Shown here piece by piece: positions 7,926 to 14,067 of a stretch of 30,869 nucleotides of DNA. A program made the position numbers and the translations under genes. The notes under the pieces are model-generated. The model ran no database searches. It was not told where the DNA came from and worked only from the letters and a program-made list of their open reading frames with translations. The stretch is taken from the NCBI GenBank assembly GCA_035631095.1, contig DASQJK010000176.1:1-30869 (forward strand). Reading direction: 5' to 3'. The stretch is from Thermoanaerobaculia bacterium (GTDB taxonomy: Bacteria > Acidobacteriota > Thermoanaerobaculia > UBA5066 > Gp7-AA6). Position 1 is the stretch's first letter, and each line of letters starts with the position of its first letter.

Positions 7926-8404
7926 ACACCCGCGAGTACTACGCTCAGGCATTCAAGGCCGAGAAACCGAAGTTCGTCCGAGTGCTCCAGGCCGTGCCCG
8001 GCGATCAGGCCGCTTACCGGCCCCACCCGAAGTCCACGTCCGCAGGCGATCTCGTCTGGCTGCTCGCGAGCGAGCTCAAGGACGCGTGCGATCTCGTCGA
8101 CAACGGCCAGGTGGAGTACGTCCCGACTCCCGCGCCCGCTCTCGGGGACGCCGTCGCGGCGTACGAGCGCAACGCGAACGAGCTCGAGAAGCGGCTCGGA
8201 AAGATCGGCGACGAGGATTGGGAGAAGAAAGCGAAGTTCCTGATGAACGGAAACGTCGTCTGGGAGTCGTCGCTCGGCGACATGCTCTACGGGTTCCTCT
8301 TCGACGCCATCCACCATCGCGGCCAGCTCTCGACCTATCTGCGTCCCATGGGCGGAAAGGTGCCTTCGATTTACGGCCCCTCGGCCGATGATCCGGGGAT
8401 GTGA
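7922..8404 (+). CDS. DinB family protein (160 aa)
   Basis: YRPHPKSTSAGDL..., DAIHHRGQLSTYLRPMGGKVPSIYGPSAD. AAGGAG SD; ATGA overlap with the previous stop. Confidence 0.88.
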   Translation: MNTREYYAQAFKAEKPKFVRVLQAVPGDQAAYRPHPKSTSAGDLVWLLASELKDACDLVDNGQVEYVPTPAPALGDAVAAYERNANELEKRLGKIGDEDWEKKAKFLMNGNVVWESSLGDMLYGFLFDAIHHRGQLSTYLRPMGGKVPSIYGPSADDPGM

Positions 8405-8408
8405 CGCC

Positions 8409-9116
8409 ATGCCCATGAACGTTCGCAAGCGCAAAGGCATCGGCACGGTCGCTCTGCTCGCGGTTGTTGCAGCGCTCGCATCCTCCTTCCTGGCGGCGCA
8501 GGAGCGCGGGGACCGGGATCGGGACCGCGAGTTCGGTCGCGTCGGGATTACGGTCTTCGAGCACCCGAACTACGGGGGCCGCAATGCGACCTTCCGCGAG
8601 GAGGTGACGAACCTCTCCGACTACAACTTGAACGACCGTGTCTCGAGCTTCCGCATCGCTCGAGGCGAGTCATGGGAAGTGTGCGAGCACAAGGATTTCG
8701 GCGGGCGCTGCACCGTGTTCTCGGGAGACGAGCCGGACCTGTCTCGTGTGTCGTGGAACGACATGATCACGTCGCTCCGTCCGGTTCGAGGCCGCGGCCG
8801 GGACTACAACCGGGACCGGGATGGTGACCGCCGCGACGACCGCCGCGACCGCCGCCGTTACGAGCAGCCCCGCCTCATCCTCTTCGAACGGCCCGACTTC
8901 CGCGGGCGCTCCCGCGAAGTCGAAAACACGGAGGAGGAGATCTCCGACTTCAACGACCGCGCACAGAGCCTTCGCGCGGTGGGCCGGTGGGAGATCTGCG
9001 AGCACAAGAACTTCCGGGGCCGCTGCGTCACGGTTTCCGGAGACGTCCCGGATCTGGAGTCCTATCGGTTCCGCAACATGCTCACGTCCGCCCGCCCGAT
9101 CGAAGACCGGCGCTGA
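8409..9116 (+). CDS. Secreted beta/gamma-crystallin protein, two domains (four Greek keys) joined by an Arg/Asp-rich linker
   Basis: Greek-key hairpins VFEHPNYGG, VCEHKDFGG, LFERPDFRG, ICEHKNFRG; Ca-site-like NDRVSS, NDMITS, NDRAQS, RNMLTS; signal peptide. Start is 8409 or 8415. Confidence 0.9.
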   Translation: MPMNVRKRKGIGTVALLAVVAALASSFLAAQERGDRDRDREFGRVGITVFEHPNYGGRNATFREEVTNLSDYNLNDRVSSFRIARGESWEVCEHKDFGGRCTVFSGDEPDLSRVSWNDMITSLRPVRGRGRDYNRDRDGDRRDDRRDRRRYEQPRLILFERPDFRGRSREVENTEEEISDFNDRAQSLRAVGRWEICEHKNFRGRCVTVSGDVPDLESYRFRNMLTSARPIEDRR

Positions 9117-9906
9117 GTTTCTCGAAGACGACGTAGCGGAAGCAGTTCTCCAGCCGATACCCGCCGGCGTGAAGCCGAAAGGGAGCGAGCGCGGCCTCGA
9201 CGGCCGCGCTCACCGCTTCCTCTCCTGCGAGCTCGATCGCGCGCGCCGCGGGTCCCGCCGACAGGACGCCGCGAAGCGCCGTCGCGAGGTCCGGGTAGAG
9301 AAACGGACTCTCGACCTGGGCCTGATCGGCCGCGTGGAGGCTGACACCGAACGCCGCGCGCTCGAGCGCTCCCGGCGCGGACAGGGTGAGAGCTCCGGGC
9401 GCGGAGGGAGGCTGCGGCGGAAGAAACGCGTTGACCGCGCCCGCATAGGCGATCGCTTCGCAGTCCCTCGGGTCCCCCCACACCGCGATGAGGACACGCC
9501 CGTCCGCCGTGGAGACGCGCGCCGCCTCCGCGAGAGCGGCCCGGGGGCTCTCGGCATACTGAAAGACGTTGAGTCCCGTCACGACGTCGAAGGCTTCGTC
9601 CGGAAACGGCAGCTCCTCCACGGAGGCGACCTCGAAACGAACGCCGGGAAAACGGCGCCTCGCAATCGCCACGAGCGGCTCCGAAGCATCGACCCCGGTC
9701 ACCGCGGCGCCTCGGAGCGCGGCCATTCCAGCAAAGAGGCCGGCGCCGCACCCCGCGTCGAGGACTCGCGTCCCAGGGCCGATCCCGAGGCGGGTGAGCG
9801 CCGCCTCGTAGAGCGGAATCGCGGTGGGCTCCTGCACGCAGGACCAGTCGCCGGCTCGTCTACCCCACCACTCTCTCTGGGTGTCGGCGGAGCCGGCGCT
9901 GGACAT
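9082..9906 (-). CDS. Class I SAM-dependent methyltransferase (274 aa)
   Basis: VLDAGCGAG motif I, VTGVDASE, EELPFPDEAFDVV. Its 3' end overlaps the convergent crystallin gene by 35 bp. Confidence 0.92.
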   Translation of the reverse strand: MSSAGSADTQREWWGRRAGDWSCVQEPTAIPLYEAALTRLGIGPGTRVLDAGCGAGLFAGMAALRGAAVTGVDASEPLVAIARRRFPGVRFEVASVEELPFPDEAFDVVTGLNVFQYAESPRAALAEAARVSTADGRVLIAVWGDPRDCEAIAYAGAVNAFLPPQPPSAPGALTLSAPGALERAAFGVSLHAADQAQVESPFLYPDLATALRGVLSAGPAARAIELAGEEAVSAAVEAALAPFRLHAGGYRLENCFRYVVFEKLSAGLRSGGRT

Positions 9907-9916
9907 CGCGTGTCCC

Positions 9917-10399
9917 TTACTTCTTCGCCGCGTTACGCGGGTCGTCCGCCGGATTGACGTAGTTGAATTCGACGGGACCCATGCCGTAGAGAAGGATCGT
10001 GACGGGCTGCTTCGTGTACGCGTAGTGGTTCGCCTTCGCTGGCATCAACGCGTAACCTCCGGGCGCGAGCGCGTGCCCCGCGTTCCGATCGGCCTTGTCG
10101 CCCATCGCCATGTAGAGCGTTCCCGACACGACCGCGACGTTTTCGTCCGTCGGATGCGAGTGGGCGGGGACCAGGTAATTGGCGGGAAACTTCAGCCGGA
10201 CCGTGTACGCCGAGCTCCCCATCGGGTTTCCGGAAAGCACGGCGATCTCGGCTCCCGGTGGAACGAAGGGCGGAGCCGGTCCCCACTTTGCCTGATCGGG
10301 CATCGCCATGACGTGTCCATCCGAAGTCTGGGCTCCCGCGGAAAGAACAGAGAGCGCCAGCGCGGCGAGAGCCGCGGCGCCGATCCGAAGTGATCTCAT
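9917..10399 (-). CDS. Secreted cupin-domain protein (160 aa)
   Basis: Signal peptide; PAHSHPTDE...VVSG and MPAKANHYA cupin motifs; GGGAGG SD. Confidence 0.88.
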   Translation of the reverse strand: MRSLRIGAAALAALALSVLSAGAQTSDGHVMAMPDQAKWGPAPPFVPPGAEIAVLSGNPMGSSAYTVRLKFPANYLVPAHSHPTDENVAVVSGTLYMAMGDKADRNAGHALAPGGYALMPAKANHYAYTKQPVTILLYGMGPVEFNYVNPADDPRNAAKK

Positions 10400-10547
10400 G
10401 GAGAACCTCCCTTTCGACCGAATGCGGCCGGAATTGGCCGCGCGGTCCGGAGAGTACGTGCGGCGGTAAGCCGAGGCTTCCCCCCTTCAGGCCATTTGCA
10501 CGGAGCGTTGCCGAATGGCCCGTCCGGGCCAGTCGGAGAGGAAAGGG

Positions 10548-12233
10548 TCAGATGAGCTTGTCGCGGGCGGCCTGTGCGGCGGCGGCGGCGCGGGAGGGGA
10601 CGCCGAGCTTCGTCAGGATGTTCGCGACGTGCCGGTGCACGGTGTGCTCGCTGATGAAGAGGCGCTCGCCGATGGTCTGGTTCGAGAGCCCCTGTGCGAC
10701 CTGCCGGAGCACCTCGATCTCGCGGCGGCTCAGGACGGGGGTACCGGCCGCGGCCTGCCGCCCGGCGGGAGTGGACGCTGAGACGGCGGCGCGCGCGCGG
10801 GCGATCTCGACTTCGGCGTTCATCTCCGAGAGCAGCGCGATCGCCCGGTCTGCCTCCGCCCGCGCCTCGTCTGGCCGCCCGAGAGCTCCGAGCGTTCGCG
10901 CGAGCTCGATGCGCGCCCGCGCGGTTTCGAAGGGTGCGCCGCTCTGTTGAAAGCGATCGACGGAATCCTCGAAGTTCCGCCGCGCCCCTTCGAGATCGCC
11001 GGCCGCCGCTGCGGCAATACCAGCCGCGAATCTGGCCGAGGCGGCCAGGGGCGAAGTCGCGACCTCCCTCGCGATCGATTCGAGCTCCTGAAGCGCGGTG
11101 GCGGCCTCGCGCCGGCGGCCCAGAAGAACCTCGGCCCGCACGAGGACCTCGAGCCCGGAGGCGCGCTCGATCCTGTTTCCCGCCGGAAACCGCCGCAGAT
11201 AGCGTTCACCGAAGTCCGCCGCCGCGCGGGCATCGCCGCGGTCGAGCGCGAGCTGCGCGAGGCCCAGGGAGGCGTGGGGATGCGGCTCCGCACGCTCGAA
11301 CATTTCCGCGGCTTCTTCGGACCGCCCCTGGCGGCGGCGCAGCTCCGCGAGGCGCACGAGGCCTTCGCCCGTCATCGCGGGCCGCGCGGCGGCCAGCTCT
11401 TCCGTCGCGAGAGTGAGCTCCCGATCCGCCTCGCTCCACGTTCCGCGCCACAGGCACACGGAGGCGTACTGCGTGCGGCACACCGCGAAGAGAGGCCGCA
11501 ATCCCACCTTCGCGCAGAACGCCTTGAGGCGGTGGCACCACTCGACCGCTCGCTCGTAATCGCGGATCCGCTCGCACGCGGCGATCAGGTAGCAGGAGGC
11601 GAGCCCGATCGAGACCGGGTCGTGGAGCTCGCCCGCGACGATGGCCGCGTTGACCTCGTCGAGCTCGCGCATCCCGGCGGGGACATCTCCCGCGGTGACT
11701 CTCGCGAACCCGGCGAGGGCGCGGCCGACCATTTCGAGGTCGGTCGAGCGGGCGGTCTGCGCCGCCGCGATCGCCGACGCGGCATGCTCGAGGCACCGGG
11801 CCGGATCGCCCTCCTCGAGTAGAGCGAAGACTCCCTCGCGCAGCGCGAGGAACGCGTGCTCCGGCGTATCGGACAGGCCTTCGAGGAGACGACGCGCGCG
11901 GCGGAGCCACCCGTTCGCCACGGCGAGCTCCCCGCGAAAAGAGGCGTAGTCCCAGGCGAGCCAGGTGGCGACGCGCGCGGCGGAGGCGCGCTCGCCCGCC
12001 TCGCGGTACATCGTGTAAGCCCGTTCGCGGGCCTCGAACACGCGGTCGCCCCGGTCGAGCCACCAGTACGTGAGGCCCAGTCCCTCGAGCGCTTCTGCGC
12101 TCTCTTCGCGTGCGAGCTCCGCTTCGAAGGCGGCCCTCGCCTCCTCCCACGCTCCGCGGGCGAGCGCCTCGCGGCCGGCCTCCATTCCCGTCGCTTCGCC
12201 GTTTGCGTCTGCTGATGAGCGGCGTTCAGCCAT
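10548..12233 (-). CDS. LuxR-family transcriptional regulator with TPR-like helical N-terminal region (561 aa)
   Basis: C-terminal LSRREIEVLRQVAQGLSNQTIGERLFISEHTVHRHVANILTKLGV; Ala/Glu/Arg-rich helical repeats; no Walker A seen. ATG directly follows the GNAT stop. Confidence 0.92.
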   Translation of the reverse strand: MAERRSSADANGEATGMEAGREALARGAWEEARAAFEAELAREESAEALEGLGLTYWWLDRGDRVFEARERAYTMYREAGERASAARVATWLAWDYASFRGELAVANGWLRRARRLLEGLSDTPEHAFLALREGVFALLEEGDPARCLEHAASAIAAAQTARSTDLEMVGRALAGFARVTAGDVPAGMRELDEVNAAIVAGELHDPVSIGLASCYLIAACERIRDYERAVEWCHRLKAFCAKVGLRPLFAVCRTQYASVCLWRGTWSEADRELTLATEELAAARPAMTGEGLVRLAELRRRQGRSEEAAEMFERAEPHPHASLGLAQLALDRGDARAAADFGERYLRRFPAGNRIERASGLEVLVRAEVLLGRRREAATALQELESIAREVATSPLAASARFAAGIAAAAAGDLEGARRNFEDSVDRFQQSGAPFETARARIELARTLGALGRPDEARAEADRAIALLSEMNAEVEIARARAAVSASTPAGRQAAAGTPVLSRREIEVLRQVAQGLSNQTIGERLFISEHTVHRHVANILTKLGVPSRAAAAAQAARDKLI

Positions 12234-12725
12234 TCAGGTCCCGAGCAGCTTTACGAGCTTCGTGGTGTCCGCGGCGAAGCCGAGTCTCTCGTAGAGCTCG
12301 CGCGCCCTCTCGTTCGCGCCGAAGACGTTCAACGTGAGCAGCCGGTGCCCGCGCGCGCGAGACCAGCGTTCTCCGGCCGCCATGAGAGCCCGTCCGACCC
12401 CCCGACCCTCGGCGGCGGAGGCGACGACGACGTCGGACACGTGCCCGTGCTCCTCCCCCGTGAAGAAATCGTGCGCCGTGTGGACATGGATGAAGCCGAG
12501 CGGCGCCCCGTCTTCATCTTCGGCGGCGAATACGGCCGAGTCTTCGCCCGGCGAGTCGAGCGCCTCACCGATGGCGCGAGCGACCGCGGCGTCCATCACC
12601 TCTCTCGGTCTCCAGCGCGGCGGACCGAAATCGTGCAGGCGCGCAGACAGCGGAAGGATCCAGTCGCGATCTCCGGCGTGGGCCGCGCGAATCAGGATTG
12701 GCGCCGCGCTCCTTCCCCGTTCCAC
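12234..12725 (-). CDS. GNAT family N-acetyltransferase (163 aa)
   Basis: VSDVVV....EGRGVGRALM (acetyl-CoA motif A), N.RARELYERLGF. Confidence 0.92.
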   Translation of the reverse strand: MERGRSAAPILIRAAHAGDRDWILPLSARLHDFGPPRWRPREVMDAAVARAIGEALDSPGEDSAVFAAEDEDGAPLGFIHVHTAHDFFTGEEHGHVSDVVVASAAEGRGVGRALMAAGERWSRARGHRLLTLNVFGANERARELYERLGFAADTTKLVKLLGT

Positions 12726-12731
12726 GGGAAG

Positions 12732-12737
12732 AGGATA
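12732..12737 (-). promoter_or_regulatory. -10 box (TATCCT) 6 nt before an SD-less GTG; probable leaderless transcript
   Basis: Minus strand TATCCT-CTTCCC-GTG(12725). Confidence 0.5.
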
Positions 12738-12770
12738 TCCGTGGCGGAGTTTGCCCGAGCGGGCCTGCGT

Positions 12771-13256
12771 TTACGGCATCAATTGAAGCGAGTCGTTCGC
12801 GACGGCGTCGCCGGTCCGAATCCCGTCTCCCGTCAGCGACGCGCGCACGGTCAACGTCTGCGCGGCCGACCCCGGCGGGAGCACCCCCATCGTCTGGATG
12901 TGCAGGCGCGATTGCGAATTCGAGTCGAGCGTATTCAGCAGCCAGGAGACCGTCGCCCCCGCCGCGGAATTGGAGAACGCCGCCGAAGTACCGGGCGAGG
13001 CGTCCGCTGAGACGACCTGGAGCGGCGCCGGCAGGGTGACCTCCACGCGCCCGTTGTGGACGTTGTTGATTCCCACCGCGACCGCAGAAACGTCGATCGT
13101 GAAGGTCTCTCCCGAACGAGCCGACTGGGGAGCGTCGATGCTCACCGTCGCCACGGACCCTGGGGCCGTCGTCGTATCGCTGTCCTTGCAGCCGGCGACG
13201 ACGGCCGCGAGAAGCGCCGCTGGAAGAACGAAGCGGAGGATCCAGGATTTGTTCAT
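12771..13256 (-). CDS. Predicted lipoprotein with a beta-rich, DUF11/Ig-like domain (161 aa)
   Basis: Lipobox VAGC. VTLPAPLQVVSA...VSWLLNTL resembles DUF11-type repeats; the fold call is tentative. Confidence 0.8.
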   Translation of the reverse strand: MNKSWILRFVLPAALLAAVVAGCKDSDTTTAPGSVATVSIDAPQSARSGETFTIDVSAVAVGINNVHNGRVEVTLPAPLQVVSADASPGTSAAFSNSAAGATVSWLLNTLDSNSQSRLHIQTMGVLPPGSAAQTLTVRASLTGDGIRTGDAVANDSLQLMP

Positions 13257-13269
13257 GGTTGCTGCAGGA

Positions 13270-13284
13270 GCAATCCGGGTGCCA
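13270..13284 (-). promoter_or_regulatory. sigma54 (-24/-12) promoter
   Basis: Minus strand TGGCAC-CCGGA-TTGC(TC), a perfect consensus. Predicted start site near 13258, about 2 nt before ATG 13256; no SD. Confidence 0.75.
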
Positions 13285-13293
13285 GCACGCGCG

Positions 13294-13299
13294 TAGAAT
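13294..13299 (+). promoter_or_regulatory. -10 box (TAGAAT) 8 nt before an SD-less ATG; probable leaderless transcript
   Basis: TAGAAT-CGACGCCG-ATG(13308), the same geometry as 4247-4261. Confidence 0.55.
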
Positions 13300-13307
13300 C
13301 GACGCCG

Positions 13308-13676
13308 ATGACTCGCCGTTCACTCGCTCTCGGGATCGCCGCCGTTCTCCTTCCGCTGGGGGCGTCCGGGCAGCAACAGCCCATCTATGGATGCCGTCAG
13401 TCGATCAATTGCCGCCCCTCCCCCGTGGGAGCGTCGGCTCTGAACGACCCCGGGACGAACGGGCTGCTCATGGCGGGCAGCATCCGCTGGGGGCCGGGGT
13501 TCCACGTTGGACTCTCGACGCCCTTCCTGAAAATTCCTCTGTTCAACGCGGAACCTCCCGTGGACCTGAAGTCGTTCCGGCTGCCCAACGCGACGCTGCT
13601 GCCGCCGCCCGAGCCCATTCCAACGGCCGCGCCGCCCCGGGTCACGCCCTCCGCCGACCCCGCTCGCGATCAGTGA
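13308..13676 (+). CDS. Secreted hypothetical protein (122 aa) with Pro-rich tail
   Basis: MTRRSLALGIAAVLLPLGASG signal-like N-terminus; its stop overlaps the next GTG. Confidence 0.7.
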   Translation: MTRRSLALGIAAVLLPLGASGQQQPIYGCRQSINCRPSPVGASALNDPGTNGLLMAGSIRWGPGFHVGLSTPFLKIPLFNAEPPVDLKSFRLPNATLLPPPEPIPTAAPPRVTPSADPARDQ

Positions 13677-14017
13677 CGCGAGAACAATTCCGCAAGCTCG
13701 CTCTGAGCCTTCCCGAGGCGGCCGAGAGCGCTCACATGGCTCACCCGGACTTCCGCGTGCGCGGGAAGATCTTCGCGACTCTGGGGTATCCCGACGACCG
13801 GCACGGCATGATCAAGCTGACTTCAGGGCAGCAGGCGGACTGCATCGACGCCGATCCATCGGACGCATTCGCGCCGGCCGCGGGCAAATGGGGTCAGCGG
13901 GGAGCGACGACGGTCCTGCTGAAGGCGGCGAAGCCGGATCTCGTGCGGGCTGCGCTCGAGGATGCCTGGGCGAACCTGGCGCCGAAGAAGCTCTTAGCGG
14001 CCACGAGAAAAAGCTAG
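13673..14017 (+). CDS. MmcQ/YjbR family protein (114 aa)
   Basis: FRKLALSLPEA.E..HM.HPDFRVRGKIFATL, WG..GAT.V.L, AW.N.APKKL; GTGA overlap. Confidence 0.88.
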   Translation: MTREQFRKLALSLPEAAESAHMAHPDFRVRGKIFATLGYPDDRHGMIKLTSGQQADCIDADPSDAFAPAAGKWGQRGATTVLLKAAKPDLVRAALEDAWANLAPKKLLAATRKS

Positions 14018-14019
14018 CC

Positions 14020-14057
14020 CCCCCTCACCCTGCCTCTCCCCCGTCGCGGGGGAGAGG
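14020..14057. repeat. REP-like palindromic element, copy 2; likely also separates or terminates the two convergent genes
   Basis: CCCCCTCACCCTG followed by a perfect 11-bp stem CCTCTCCCCCG-TCG-CGGGGGAGAGG, between stops at 14017 and 14068. Confidence 0.75.
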
Positions 14058-14067
14058 TGGTCCTCAT

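Noticed and set aside
6770-8860. Short tandem GACCGC/CGCGAC repeats near 6790-6850 and 8810-8860 as CRISPR or VNTR
   Set aside because: They are in-frame codons for Arg/Asp-rich tracts; there is no repeat-spacer architecture and no cas genes.
9082-9116. 35-bp convergent overlap of crystallin and methyltransferase genes (also 4 bp at 28578-28581)
   Set aside because: Short tail-to-tail overlaps are ordinary in compact GC-rich genomes; no sign of a frameshift or pseudogene.
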